From Octopus vulgaris (Eukaryota): a stretch of DNA of 64,000 nucleotides. The stretch spans positions 43,028,001 to 43,092,000 of the forward strand of contig OX597818.1 in NCBI GenBank assembly GCA_951406725.2, read 5' to 3'. The stretch's first letter is position 1, and the number at the start of each line of letters is the position of its first letter. The notes beneath the pieces were generated by a model. That model had not been told where the DNA came from, searched no databases, and saw only the letters and a list, made by a program, of their open reading frames with translations. Positions 11,704 to 26,542 of the stretch are shown here, piece after piece. The translations under genes were made by a program, and so were the position numbers.

Positions 11704-14700
11704 TATATATATATCTGTATGCATGTGAGTGTGAGTGTGTATATCTATATCTCCTTGTCTTGGTATCACATGATTGTTGTAAATGAATATCACCATCATT
11801 CATACAAGCTGTGTCATCTATTTCCAATACTCTGTGAAAACATGTCTGGTCAAGGGGAAATATTATCCTACTTGGAAATGGGTGAGAGTTGGCAAGAGGG
11901 AGGGCATCCACTGTAGAAAATCCATTTGAACAAATTCTGACCAACCCATGTAAGCATGGAAAAGTGGATGCTAAAATGATGGTAATGATGATGTAGCTTT
12001 ACAACTTTATACTTTATATAGGTACAAGTATTGTTGTGTGATTAAGAAGTATTCTTCATAACCATGTAGTCTAGGGTTCATTTCTACTGCGTGGTACTAT
12101 GGGTAAATATCTTCTATTATGGCTTTATACTTGCTACTATGGTTTTAAGATGACTAGTGCCTTATAAGTGGAATTAGTAGATGAACTGTAAGAAACTCTG
12201 TGTGTGAGTGTGTTGACTTGTCTTGAGATTGTTTGTGCACTATGTAAAAACAAAGTCACCATTGTAAACAAAGTCACAAACAGTTCCACTTGTTTACAAT
12301 CTACTGTTCCTTGTTAAGAAGATTAAAGGAAATATTACCTTGCTTAGCAACAGGAAGAGCATTCAGCCATAGAAAATCTGCCTCAATAAGTTGAAAATGA
12401 TGATGAAACAACAATGACGAGGATGATGATATTATTAAAGTTTTCATGATAATCCTGATAAGTTTAAGATCTCCTTTGTCTTCTGATTATCTAAAAAAAA
12501 AACCAAAAAACAAATCATCAACTCTGGCTGATCACCTGACAACTAATCCAACTGCAATTAATGTAACATTTACACTGTGTTCAGAATAAAGTTTTAACTT
12601 CTTCAATTTAATGATGAAGAAGGTGAATAAATTTTGGTTACAAAGTCATGCAAAAAAAGTAAACATTTTTTGCTAAATATATTTTGTAGATAGAGAGAGC
12701 TAATCATGATCCTGATCCTGTGAATTGTGTTTTTTATAGTTTAGCTAGGAGAAAGAGTCATCATGCCTTCATGGTTGGGTTGCAGATGTTAAGTAGGGAA
12801 TCTAGATATGAAACATGAAAATAGAAAGATTATCAGAAAGAAAAAAAATAGTATAAAATGTTTAGAAAATTATTTGTCACAAATAGGAGTTAAAAAGTGG
12901 GGGAAAAAAACTACAGAAATTCTTTGCTGTGTAAAAAGAAAAATGTGTTAATTTGTAGTGGAAAGGTTTTATGTTCCAATAACAGCTTTTGTGTTTGAGT
13001 GGTGGGGAATGTTACTGGACAAAAGAGACAAACTTTCTCCTCCCATTGCCACGAAATAAATAGGGATAGGAGAGACATGAAGATGGGTTATAACTAAAAG
13101 GAAATTAATGGGAGGAAAGGATGAATGAAAAAAGATAGTTGAGAGAGAATGTAGAGAGAATAGTGTAAAAATAACATGGAATAAGAAACATTAGGTAATA
13201 GGTTTTCTAAGCTAACAAAGTGAAAACATGAAATGTATGGAATTTGGAACATTGAGAAATCCATTCACTTCAATGGTGTAGCTTTGACATTGTTACCATC
13301 ATTGTCTTCCTTATCCTTGCAGATAGCATGTCCACAACAGCATCATACATTTTATACTCCTTACATTCACATGAACGTGTGTATTTATTCACTAATGTGG
13401 GCATGTAATGTTAGTGTATTTAGTATAACATAACGTGATGTATGATTTCTAAAAAGGAGTATGTTGTTCACAGCTGAAGTTTAGAAAAACAAGGGGGGGG
13501 GGGAAATCCCTTCGTTATTGTTGGCTTAGAACGAATAGAAAACAAAAATGTGGTTCATGGCAATTCCATTCAGACTGACAGAATGGAGAGACAACCAAAT
13601 TATTCCTATGTCAGTGAAAAGCACTTACTAAATGCACCTGCAGCAAGTCTACGACTAATGCTCATGATGATGATGATGATGATGACGACAACGATGACAG
13701 TAATGAGATTCATGAAAGCTTGGAGAAGAAGTTGGGTTGTTTATGCCTTCCTAAGCACATTAGTAATTTAAAGGAAGTGAATTAGAAATTGAAACCAAAT
13801 TGTAGAATAATCTCAGAAGCAATTAACCACTATTCTAACTACACACATACACCTGCAAACACACACACACATACAAATACCATTTGTTAATAATGCGTTC
13901 TAAGTTTGTAGGGAAAAAGGAAGCCAATTAAATTGATCTTAATATGTCACTGGTACTATTTCTACTAACTCAGCATTAATCTTGCCTGGATTTGAACTTA
14001 AAACATAGATGGAAATAATTAAACATCTTATAGCTTTTCTGTTACTCAGTGCTTATTATTATCATTGTCATTGGTTTATGTTTAATTTCCATGTGAACAT
14101 CATGGTCAAGTCAGTTCTCATTCAGAGTTATTGCTCTCATAGGCGTGGTTAGAGCTCCATGTCTTTTCTGTACATTTCATTTTGTCATGGTTACTATGCC
14201 TGAGCACCAACCACTTTATGGAGTGCCCTGGGTGCATATTGTCATGGAATGAACTTGTGATGTATTGCCTGTAAATGTTAACATTATTCTTTCCTTGTAC
14301 GAAAAAAAACTATCAGAAATGAAAATACACATATTTGTTATTCTATTTTGTATGTACTGTGCATACATTGCATAAGCAAAGAAGATTCTTTTGTGATTTT
14401 ATGTTTTTTTTCCTTAAATAGTTGATGTATCATTTAATGGATAAATGTTCTCCTTTACGTAAGCTTTGTATCTAGTTGCAGAATTATTTACTGAATAAAG
14501 TCTTTCATAATCAGATCTTTTATCATTCTAATGATAGTTTATTCAATGAATCAAATGAATCAAATGAACCAGAGTTCTATGTTCTAAAAGACTCAAAGCG
14601 ATTCTTCTCAATTTCTGTCAGCTTTTTGGAATTCAAACATTCATGTGCTTTGAAAATTTTCCTATCAATATTCCTGTTTGCTATAGACTACACACCCTTG

Positions 14701-15605
14701 TAAACTTTGTACATTGCAAAGTATTCCAATTTATTACAGACAGACAATCATGAGAGTGGGATAAATTACCTGGAAAATATCTTCATTAAACCAATGAATA
14801 AGGTTGTAGTACACCAGCTCACAACTTGCAGACAACAGCCAACCGAATTTGTGGATCAATTTCTTCAAACCATAAAACCCATGGCTAAGAATTACAACTT
14901 TAGAATAGGCATTGTATGGATTTCATATGAAATATACCATAATGGGTACTTTTTATTTCTCTAATAATGTTGAGTAGTCTACAAACTGAAAGTAAGATGC
15001 TAGACTTGGAAAGAGCTGCATCACAAGCCAGTGCTTTAAACTTTAGCTCTAAAGATGTTTTTTATCAAGATATGCGCATAAATAATACTATTACTGTTAC
15101 AATGGAGGATAACAAGCAGCTGTTTCAGAGAAGAAGTGTTCATTGTCTTTCTTTTTGCTCTTTTTTTTGTATGTGATTATGAAGTTTTTTCCCCAACCAT
15201 ATGGTTTTGGGTTCAGTCCCACTGCAAGGCATCTTGGGCTTGTGTGTTCTACTATAGCCCAAGGCCAGCCAAAACCTTGTGAGTGGATTTCATTGACAGA
15301 AACTGTGAGAAGCCCATCATGTGTGTGTGTGTTTGTGTGTTCTTGTCTTGACATTATGGAATAGTTGTAAATGAGCATCATTGTTATACAAGCAGTGTCC
15401 TTTGTTTCCAATCTTCCATGGAAACATGTCCAGCAATGGGGAAATATCACCTTGCTTGGAAACAGGTGATTGTTAGTGGCAGGAATGACAACTGGCCATA
15501 GAAAATCTGCCTCACTGAAATCTGCTTGATCCATGCAGTGGATATTAAGTGAATGATGATGATGGTATATAGACATGACGAATAATGATGATGATGGTAT
15601 ATAGA

Positions 15606-15837
15606 AGGTGGCGAACTGGCAGAAATATTAGCACGCCGGGCGAAATGTGTAGCCGTATTTCGTCTGCCGGTACGTTCTGAGTTCAAATTCCGCCGAGGTC
15701 GACTTTGCCTTTCATCCTTTCGGGGTTGATAAATTAAGTACCAGTTATGTACTGGGGTCGATATAATCAACTTAATTCATTTGTCTGCCCTTGTTTGTCT
15801 TCTCTGTGTTTAGCCCCTTGTGGGTAGTAAAGAAATA
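15606..15837 (+). mobile_element. SINE family A, full length, TSD ggtatataga
   Basis: 10-bp direct repeat at 15596-15605 and 15838-15847. Confidence 0.9.
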
Positions 15838-17697
15838 GGTATATAGATGTGACCACAGAAAATGTCCTTCAAGAGATACCCTGTGTTGCAAGTGTGAAAA
15901 AGAAAAAAAGGTTATTTTTCTTGAGCATGCAAATCACATAATTACCCCTATGGGGCACCATTTTAAACCAAGTTATAAACCAGTCTCCAGTGCATTAACT
16001 TCAGCTTGTAAAGATTTTTTTCAGCTTTATTGGAATATCCATCATCTTATGCACTCATTAACATTATAATTAACAATCAATCGATGCAAGTTTTAGTTAT
16101 TATGGTTTACTTATTAAACCATTGAGAGGAAATGTTGTGGTAGTGCCAATACTGTTTTGTTTCTGAATCATAGGAATATAGTTGATATGCTGAAAAGTTG
16201 TATAAACAGCAGTTACTCTTAATTATGTTTAGTTTCTACTCAGATTTTATATTTGGACATTTCTTGTTTCAACATCCTTCAGTGGCATGTAAGTTTAGGC
16301 CCTGAAACTCTTCTTATTTTGATAAATTTTGCTTGCTGCAAGATTGTATTTTGTACATCATCGTTGTTGTCCTTACCATTTAATATCCATTTTTCCATGC
16401 TTGCATGGGTCAGAGTTAATGTGTTGAGAGAGATTTTCTATGACCAGATGCCCTTCTTTTTCACCCTTCTTCCAACTAAGGAGGAATGTTTCCAAATAAG
16501 GTAATATTTTTCATGGCTAGACATATTTTTCACAGAAGACAGAAAATAAAGGAAATCCCTTGCATTGTTTGCTTACAGTTGACACACGTTACCAAAAGAA
16601 AAGTACCCCCTCTGCATACATGTGATGCTTTTTTCTATTTCCATTGACCAAATTCACTCACAAAGCTTTGGTTGGTCTGGGGCTAAAGTAAAAAGACAGT
16701 TTCTCAAGGTACCACATAGTAGGACTGAGCTTAAGACTGCATAGTTGAGAAGCAAGATTCTTAACCACACAACCACGCTTCACTAATTTAAACCTAAGCA
16801 ACAAATCTACTATTGCACTTACTTGATGATATCCTGTGGTCAATTACAAATTCATAACAAGAAATAAATGACCAAAATAATCAAAAGAAGGCATTATAGA
16901 ACTGAATAAGTTCCTATGTTGAACTCAAGTTGTAGTAACAAAAGCAAAAACCAGAAATGATGCCTTGTCATTGATTTCTCAAGTACTGTCAACATTCATG
17001 CACTTCTTGAAGCTTTACTAGTACATATCATTGACAAGTTAATACATATTCTATCACAACATACATATTTCAACAAGGTTGACATGTGACATGTCTTTTA
17101 ATAAGTTAACACTAGAAATTGAAAACTGTCCTTGTACTGCTTTTCTAGCCTTAGGACAATAGTATCAGTAAACAAGACTTCCATTTGGCTAACAAAAGTT
17201 GTCATGTTTTCAACAAGTGATAAATTAAATTATTTAGTAGTATAATAGAAATCTATTCACCGATATTTAGATAACGTCATTTGTATGCAGTAATCCATGG
17301 AAGATCATAACAGAAATCTACTTTATGAAGTGTATCACTCAGCTTTCAATATAATCTTCTTTATTTTTAGTAAAAATGTGTTTTTTTAATAAACAGTGTT
17401 AATTCTTTGTGTATTGCATTGTAAATTTCAAAATAACAATAATTCTGACCATTTGCTTATTTCAAAATGTCTTACTTCTAAAAAAGAATTTGCAAAAAAA
17501 AAAAAAAATCCTTCTCTAGGCACACATAATTCAGATGCAGGTATGACTGTGAGATAAGATGTTTGCTTCCTAATCTCATGCTTTGGGGCTCAGTCTCACT
17601 GCATAGCACCTTGAGCAAGTCTCTTCTACTATAGCCCCTTGCTGACCAAAGTCATGTGAGTGGATTTGGTAGTCAGAAACTGGAAAAAGGCCATCAT

Positions 17698-17733
<36 letters not shown>

Positions 17734-17790
17734 TGATATTGAGCAGGCAATCAGATGTTGTTATACACTACTGGTTACAATACACTTATT

Positions 17791-18076
17791 GTTTGTTCCT
17801 TCTCGAGCCATGCCTGGCTCATAAGGGCTGGTTTCCTGGTTTCTTGGTGTATAGGTTCCCCACCTGGACGGGACGCCGGTCCATCGCAGGTGAGCTGCAA
17901 GATGCAGGAGGAAAGAGTGAGAGAAAGTTGTGGCAAAAGAGTCAGCAGAAGTTTGCCAATTACCTTCTGCCAGAGCCGCGTGGAGCTTAGGTGTTTCACT
18001 CATAAACACACACATCGTCCGGTCTGAGATTCGAACCCGCGATCCCTGCTCTAACCACTAGGCCATGTGCCTCCAC
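17791..18076 (-). mobile_element. SINE family C (tRNA head, Meta-like domain)
   Basis: Reverse complement of 57622-57921: tggcctagtggttagagc A-box, ggttcgaatctc B-box, ctgcgatggaccggcgtcccgtccagg body. Confidence 0.85.
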
Positions 18077-18377
18077 ATTACAATACAATACACTTCATCA
18101 CATTGTTGGATGATGATAATGATGATGATGATGAGTTTAAAAAATAAAGTACTGTGGTTGATGGTTGATTTGTTTGACTAAAGCCCTTCAAGCTGGTGTC
18201 CCACAGCATGGTTGGAGTCCAGTGACTGAAACAAGTAAAAAATAAAAGATTGGCTTGAAAGAAATCTACTATTCTCTCTCTCCTCAATAAGCTCTTATGC
18301 CTTCAAAGGTATTAAAATTGACTTACAAAATGTTTGTCTCCATGCTGTTTACAATCCTGTAACATTTATCTCTTTAA

Positions 18378-18802
18378 CCCTTTAGCATTCAGATTACTCT
18401 GTCAAATGTAAAGCCTGTTTAATCACATTGTTTTAAATTAATTGTACAGCATCTTGTAACTCTGAGATTTTGATGATGTCCCTGTTTATTTTTAGAATGA
18501 CTTTGTAGTGTAGGTGTGAGAGGTTAGAGCTGGCTGGTTTGAGCATATAACAGGAAGACAATTTTGGCCTGATATGGCCGGTTTAAACACTAAAGGGTTA
18601 GCATTCACACCATTCTGTCAAAAGTAATGCTTATTTATTCACATTGTTTTGAATTAATCTTGCATTATTTGTGGCTTTGAGATTTTGATGAGGTAACTGT
18701 TTAGAAAGATATTGTAGGGTTGGTGTAAGAGGCCAGATCTAGTCAGTTTGAACATAAGACAGGAGAATATTTGGGTTGGATATGGCAGGTTTAAATACTA
18801 AA
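18378..18802 (+). mobile_element. piggyBac-like TTAA MITE, head-to-tail dimer (18378-18597 and 18598-18802)
   Basis: TTAA|CCCTTTAGCATT...ACACTAAAGGG|TTA; the second unit follows directly; solo copies at 33878-34099 and 40138-40361. Confidence 0.75.
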
Positions 18803-20291
18803 CCTAAACACATCAGATATGATGGCCAAGTACTCTCCTTTACTAAAGTTTTTAGCTAGGAGATCTCTTATGGTTACTTCTTATGACAGCATCTACTTAG
18901 TTTTGTCATTTAGCTTGTATTCTCCCAATACATTTATCCTGCTTTTTATTTAATAAAACTAACATAGTATTTGAGCATGATTTGCATCTAATTAACTCCT
19001 ATAAACATTGCTATTCCTATAACACCCACTTTATACAGCAACACACATACTTTTCAGACATTTAATCTGCTAATTGGTCTGGACTTTGTCAATTCTTTTA
19101 TGATGATGTAGGTCAGCAGATCAGTTTAACCTGTGATCCTACCAAAGATACTACAGGTGGCCACTCCTAGCAATGTCATTCTACATCTAATACACTTCCA
19201 AGAGCTGTAAGCCAACTTCCACTGAATACTTTATTAAACGATGGAAAGCTGCTATGTAAACAAAAAACAAAGCGTTTGAAGTTTGGTCCACTGATATCTG
19301 CCTACTGTCATTTGATTCTAACTGTAATTATTGTAAACAGTTCATTAGTTAAGCAAAAGATGGTTTTCTGTGAGCCACAGCTTACGCTCTGTTTTACATC
19401 AGATTTGAGAATCATCGGCAATTTTTACATTGCAAAAAAGGAGAAAAAAATAGTTAAATTAATTACTGTCATAAATTTCTATTAATCGTTAGAGATGTGT
19501 CAAAAGTTATTGGTGTTGGATAGCTGTGATCAGCTCTGCCTGAGTGGATCAATGGCTTAGAGGTTGCTTATCAAACAAAGGATTTAATTAGGATTTCTAA
19601 TCAAAAGATGGTAGGGTAATACACACAGATGTGTGCATGAATGCCTGTGTGTGTGTATGTGTGTGCATGCATGCATTTGCAAGCATGCACACTCACACAC
19701 ACACACAAAATGAGATAGTAAAGCATTTGTGAAAGAAGATCTATTTTGCTATATTGAGCTAATCAATCAGCACTTTTAGTTGTTTCTATGAAAAGAAAGT
19801 CATACAATTCATCCAGCTTCAGAAACATTCTCATCTATAAGTTGAAATTGGTTATGATAGTAATGTAAAAAAGTAAAAAGGAAAAGGAAGAAAATTAAGG
19901 ACAAATATATTTCAGCTATCATCAACATTTTAACCAGTTAAATAAAAGTTCAAATGATTATTAAATGAGTGGAATCTAGAATTTCCCAGGTTTATTTTTG
20001 CAATTTATATTTTTCTCAAAATCTCATTCACTAGGCACTTTATCTTATTCATTTGTGTTTACCATTAATCACTGTTTTTCATCCATTTATTTATTTAACT
20101 ATTTTTATAAATCTGTGTTTGCAAAAAGTAAAATGAAAATTATTATTTGATTTCTATGCTTTTCAAAGTAATTTAACTTTAAAAAATTACTACATTATTT
20201 ACTCCTTTATTTTGTCACAATCTTATAGACTTGAAAGAAATTAAAATTCCAGTTTTGTTAGTGGAATGTCCAAATGGTTATAATATATATA

Positions 20292-20504
20292 TTTTTCTTT
20301 ACTACCCACAAGGGGCTAAACATAGAGGGGACAAACAAGGACAGACAAAGGGATTAAGTCGATTACATCAACCCAGTGCGAAACTGGTACTTTATTTATC
20401 GACCCTGAGAGGATGAAAGGCAAAGTCGACCTCAGTGTAATTTGAACTCAGAACGTAATGACAGACGAAATACCGCTAAGCATTTCTGCCAGCTCACCGC
20501 CTCC
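20292..20504 (-). mobile_element. SINE family A with ~20-bp TSD (ccaaatggttataatatatat)
   Basis: Reverse complement of family A; direct repeat on both sides. Confidence 0.85.
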
Positions 20505-23283
20505 CAAATGGTTATAATATATATTTATTTGTAAATGCATTTTTATGCATTTGTCCATGCTATCATAGTCACCTTTCGTATACATTACTAATTTTATTAA
20601 TCAAACACTGTACAATTTTTATCTTGTTCTGTTTATCATAATAAGATGAAATAAACTCATCCTATTTTCTCACAAATTATCTATGTTCCTCCTTCCCTTT
20701 TTCCCTATTCTTTTTTTTTTTTTATTCATTCACTTCCTTCCCCTCCCTACACACAGTTGTTGCAGTTATCAGTTCTGTTTTTCAATACCATATGTGGGGG
20801 CTTTTTTTTCACCTTCATTCACTTAGTCTATAAGCAGGATATTCTGCTCTGTGACTTCAGGATTCTATGAATTAACATAATCAGCTCATTTGATAATGAG
20901 GCCAACCTATCAACAGAGAAAATGTATTGTTTTATGAATGCCTTTTAACTTTGAAGCTATGTTATTAAACTCCTCAAATAGGATAGAGGAACTTGCGCTA
21001 AAATACAGATGTTTCAAATAGCTTTCTTTAGACTGTTTTTTTTTATTCTTAAATAATAGAGACAGATTTTGAACAGCATGATTATTGATAAATTGCATTC
21101 AATGCAAGGAGTGGCTTGAAATAGTTATAAAAGCTGAAGCATTGTTTCAGTAAAGTATTTTATATCACCAGTTCATGTTTTGTGTGAGTACAGTTTGTGT
21201 TAGAAAGAATATAGTACTCACATGAGACAGTTTTTAAAACAGACTTATAGAAAGAGGAAGATAATGTGTATTGTAAGAATAAATAGTAATAGTTGAATAC
21301 TAAATTCACACAGCGATGGAATCTTTATAACAAAAATAAAGCTTTTGAATATATGTTTTTATTGTGGAGAATTGTTATTCAAGCAGAATTATTTGTTGTT
21401 GCTTTTGAATTCTTCAATTTCTTTTTTTTACTTACAAATTACAAGATAATTATTTTATTAAAAGAAAAGTATGTAAACCCAAAGCAATTGGAAATAACTA
21501 AGTCTGTAAAATGAACTTGATACATCAGCAAGAAGAAATAAGTTTTTGGTTTTGATTTGCCATTTAAAGCATTTATCAAAACACTTTTTGCTACACCTAT
21601 TTTCAAGTTGCTTGTTAAAATTATCCAGTAGTATTCTCAAAATATATAAATTTATTTCAAGAAAAATTCATTTTTTCAAACAAACAAAATAATTGTTTTG
21701 CGTTAAGTTAATGCATTTTGTTTTGTTTGAATTTTCATAAATAAATCGGTCAGTTTTGAGAGAGAGAAAAGAATGTGATACACTGTCAATAATTTTTAGG
21801 ATGTACATGGAAAAATAGATGAGCTGATAATGAGAAAACAGTGTAAGAACAAAAGAAAGAAAAACAAAACCAAAAAAACCCCCCAAAAAACCCAGAAAGT
21901 ATGGTTAGAAGATATTGTTGTCTTTTTACATTAAAGTTGATGATTAAAAAGTAAAAACTAAAAAATCAAGAGAGTCAACCTAACACCATTAAGGCATTAG
22001 TTATTGTAATGATTTTGAACCCATTAAAAAAAGAAGAAAAAAACCCCGCTTTATCAAACTGTTCCATGTGTTTATTTCATTTTGAAATCAATCATACAGC
22101 AATAACCTCAGTGATTTATTTTTTGAAATTGTTATCTGTAGGCTGTTCTAATTACACTCTTCTCCTTTTTTATTGATGTTGTTTACAAACTAGCTTCCTA
22201 CTTTGAAAGTCTCTCTCTTTAGAAATACCAAAGTAATATATGAATATTTATAGAATTGGCTTGTACTTGTAATAGAAACTGCCATATATTCCAGCAGAAA
22301 ATTAGAATTTGATGTTTTAATGCTTCATAGGTCTGATGCTTAGCTCTTTTTCTTCTTTATTTTCATCTAGTATAGAGTGAATGAAAGACAAGTCTTGCAT
22401 TGCATAGGATGTTAGTCTATTGCCTCCAATTTCCGTAGGAAGTCTAAACCATATTCCCTAGCTATGGAGCAGAAAATAAGTTTAACTCATTTTGTCCAAA
22501 AGTATAACACAGCTTTAAACTCATGGTTCTGAATGAACGCCAGTAGATTCTGTTACTTATTTTATTTGGGATTATTCTATTAATTTACTGAAAAATTATA
22601 TTTGAATTTGTCCACTTTTCCTTGAAATTAACGATCAAATTAGAATCATTCAAGTTTAGAATAATTTTCATGACAGCAAGATTTAATTTTAACCAGTGTG
22701 CATTATGGATTAGGTTAGAAATTTGGGTTCAGTTTATGTACATTGTTTTGATATTAAATTATATTTAATCTACATCATTTATGGTATATATTGGATTTTT
22801 TAAAACTTCTTTTTTTAATTTCTATCCAAATAGTCTGGCACCAAATTTTCCTCAGATTTGTTTTTCTTTCTCTAGCCATGCATTTTAATTTGAGATTTTT
22901 AGTCAATTGTTTCTGTATGTGATAATGTGTTATTATGTTTGTCATTATCATTGTTATGATCATCATCATAAAATTTTCAGTATTGAATCATTTAAGCACA
23001 CTAAATAATTTCTTCAATAATCGGTAGTTAAAAACCTCCTTGTTCTTTCATTAAATGAATTCAATATCTGTTCACAAATATTTGCCAAGTTTCATCTCAT
23101 GCGTAAGATGTACTCTCCATTATAATTTGTGTATATAACCATTGACACTTTAAAACATTTAGGTTTTATTTTTTATGTCAATTAAAATTCTTTTTAAAGA
23201 TCAGGCTGAGATTAATAAACCAAATGTCAATCTGAAACATGTTTAATTTTTGTTTTTCATATTGAAAACAAAAATAAATGACA

Positions 23284-23708
23284 GGCGTAGGAGTGGCTAT
23301 GTGGTAAGTAGCTTGCTTCCCAACCACATAGTTCCAGGTTCAGTCCCACTGCGTGGCACCTTGGGCAAGTGTTTTCTACTATAGCCTTGGGCTGACCAAA
23401 GCCTTGTGAGTGGATTTGGTAGACGAAAGGAAACTGAATGAAGCCCATCGTATATATGTGTATATATATATATATGTATGTGTGTGTATATGTTTGTGTG
23501 TCTGTGTTTGTCCCCCCCCCTTCCAACATTACTTGGCAACCGATGCTGGTGTGTTTACATCATCATAGCTTAGCAGTTCTGCAAAAGAGAGCGATAGAAT
23601 AAGTGCTAGGCTTACAAAGAATGCGTCCTGGGGTCGATATGCTTAACTAAAGACAGTACTCCTGCATGGCCACAGTCAAATGACTGAAACAGGTAAAAGA
23701 CTAAAAGA
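23284..23708 (+). mobile_element. SINE family B (tRNA head, CORE-like domain, central TA/TG microsatellite)
   Basis: gtggctatgtggtaag A-box, ggttcagtccc B-box, ccttgggcaagtg CORE-like motif, 3' end atgactgaaacaggtaaaaga. Confidence 0.85.
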
Positions 23709-24139
23709 GCGACAGTATTCTAGTATTGTTTTTTTCTTTAAATTTTTGAAGTAAAAATAATATTGATATTTTTCTTTGGCTTCAAGTTAAGAGTGTATGG
23801 GGGAAAGGTATGGTCCACTGAATCACTTCCAGTATTTTACAAGTACCATATTTTCATTATCTTAGGCTCTGAAGGGGACCACAATGGAATTTGAACATGA
23901 AAGCATGAGGGAAGAAATTAAATCTAGTGATGTATTTATTCAATGTGGTTCTGAGTTCAAACCCTGTCATACTTGACTTTGTCCCTGACTATGTAATTTT
24001 GATTTCTAACATTGGTAAAAAATCATGATTACAGGTAAGTTTCACCACAATCCATGCAACATAAAGAAAATTCACTGTGAGGAAAGTTTACCAAGAAAAT
24101 ATATCCATAGTATCTCACCATTCTCTCTTTTTTTTTTTC

Positions 24140-24487
24140 TTTTACTCTCTTTTACTCATTTGACTGTGACCATACTGGATCACTGCCTTTAGTCAAGCAA
24201 ATCAACCCCAGGACTTATTCTTTGTAAGCCTAGTACTTATTCTACTGGTCAGCATTGGTTGTCAAGCGATGTTGGGGGGAAAAACACAGACACACAAACA
24301 TACACACCCATACACATATATATATATACATATATATGATGGGCTTCTTTCAGTTTCCGTCTACCAAATCCACTCACAAGGCTTTGGCCGGCCTGAGGCT
24401 TTAGTAGAAGGTGCCACACAGTGGGACTGAACCCGGAACCATGTGGCTGGTAAGCAAGCTTCTTACCACACAGCCACTCCTACACCT
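24140..24487 (-). mobile_element. SINE family B, inverted, with internal deletions
   Basis: Reverse complement of 23284-23708. Confidence 0.8.
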
Positions 24488-24750
24488 ACCATTAATAGTT
24501 AAAAACTGTTATATTAAAATCAAAAACAGCGAGTTGATGGTGGTGAACTGATGACAGTGAATTGATGACAGTGAACTTACCAGACATGCAAAATCACACC
24601 TTTTGATAGAGAGTGTACTTGATTACATTGACATCACTAATTGACTGGTACTAAAAGGGATGAAAGGTAAAGTTGACGTTGGCTGGATTTGAACTCTGAC
24701 TGTAAATGATTATAACTAAATATAGCAAAGCATTTTGTGTGACTCTAAAT

Positions 24751-25092
24751 CACAGGTTCTCAAAGTGGATGCTACCACCCCCCTGGTGGATGTTGAGACA
24801 ATCCAGGTGGGCACTGGTGCCTAAGTGTGTATGTGTGTGTGGGGGAGTAGTAGAGAAAAAGGAGGCGTTGGGAGGAAGGCAGTGAATTGGGGGACGCTAT
24901 GAATTTATTATAATATTATTATAGTATTGTAAACAAATTATATAATATTATATTAAATATCGAATGATTCATAGTATATATAAATTAGTAAAATATAAAA
25001 TATTTATTTATACATAAAAATAGGGGTGGGGGTGCTGAGGGTATTATGTGGCCATGAGGGGAACGGTGACCTAAAAAGTTTGAGAATCTCTG
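24751..25092. mobile_element. hAT (Charlie-like) MITE with 8-bp TSD CTCTAAAT
   Basis: TIRs cacaggttctcaaa / tttgagaatctctg; ctctaaat at 24743-24750 and 25093-25100. Confidence 0.85.
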
Positions 25093-26542
25093 CTCTAAAT
25101 AAACCACTGATCTCTTGATAAAGTAATATTAATAAACACAACGACTTCCAATAAAATGCTGGATCACTAACAAACAAAATATTGTTTTCAAACTTAAGCT
25201 TAACTATTCTGTTTTACCTGTCAATGAGTACACTATTAACCTAGAAAAAGAACTGTTTCTCCTAATTTATATTTAAGGATAGTTAGGGCAACCAGCTGTA
25301 AAAATACTTTCTTCAGCAGGTTCAGATAAATATTTGTATTTGAAGAATCAGTGAATCCATGATAATATAGAGATATTTCAAAAACAATAAAAGCCACAAT
25401 AAAAATAATGACCACCCCTCCTAACATGTAATTGGATGAAATATTTTGCTTAATACCTATGAAAAAGTTAACGAATATAAAGAAGAGAAAATTTTCTTTA
25501 TCTATGGTCAATATTTGACTGTATTTTGTGCCACTATAGTAACTATGGTGTTTTTCTATTATAAACAACCAATTTATCATTTATTAAAAGATTAAAATAA
25601 CTAAATATTTTTCTGGTATTTTCAAATTTTTTTTTTTTTTTTTTTTGTTAGAATGTATATCTTTTCTCTGCCTCAGTCATGAAAGAAAACTGTACTTTGG
25701 TTTGTATGTTTTGTGGGATTGCAGGAAGTCCACTTCTCAAAAGCAGGTCAACATGCATACTGGAAATTGGTTCCCTGATAGTCATCTACCGTTTATGACA
25801 GCCAACCACTTCTTATATTGCTGGTCCAAGGAAATGATGTCAGTCAAGTTTTGTGAGGAGGAATTAGGCATAAACAAGAACGCAACTGTTCAACAGGAAT
25901 AGCTACATACAATAAATTTGCACTAAATACTTGAGCCAAGAAATAAGATCAGAGACAAAGGATTAATCACTGAAATCAAGAGCTTGTTCACTAAACATAA
26001 GAACAATACTATTCATGTTTCCTCAGCAGTGGATTTTTGGAGGACTCTGTTAGGAGATGACCAAGTACTTTTTGGTCATAGTTGGTGATTGTAGTGAAGG
26101 AACACCAATGAAACCATAGGAAAAAGCTCTATCATTTGCTCAGATAATTGACCTGTCTATAAGACAATAGAAGCTGAAGAGGTTGGATTTGAGCACTTCA
26201 AAGTGAATCCTCACTTATATCTTCATTTGATCAGCACAGTGGTGTTCACACTGAGATCATTGAGTGAATGTGGAGATCAGCTAAATGGCACAGCAAACAC
26301 CACTGATGAACTGCATGTCAACACCTGAAATTATATTTGGCTGAATTTATTTGGGGAAAGTATGTTGTGAGCAGCATACTCAAGTCACTTCTGGAAACAC
26401 TGAAAATGTTCTGCTTCCATAATCTCAATTATAATTGATTTTTTGGTGTTTTGAGAATTAAAGATTCAGTTTAAAATTTTTTGGTTAATAATCTATAACC
26501 TAATCCTTTAGTAAGTAAAAATTGGCTGTTGATAATAGAAAA

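Noticed and set aside
13323-13376. Possible phase 0/0 upstream exon (IACPQQHHTFYTPYIHMN)
   Set aside because: Weak donor and no independent support.
14422-15176. Three consecutive + strand ORFs after an acceptor-like site
   Set aside because: Separated by stops, no recognisable domain, no strong in-phase donor; may be UTR or decayed sequence.
25236-25580. 114-aa hydrophobic minus-strand ORF
   Set aside because: AT-rich composition explains the F/I/L content; no splice or homology support.
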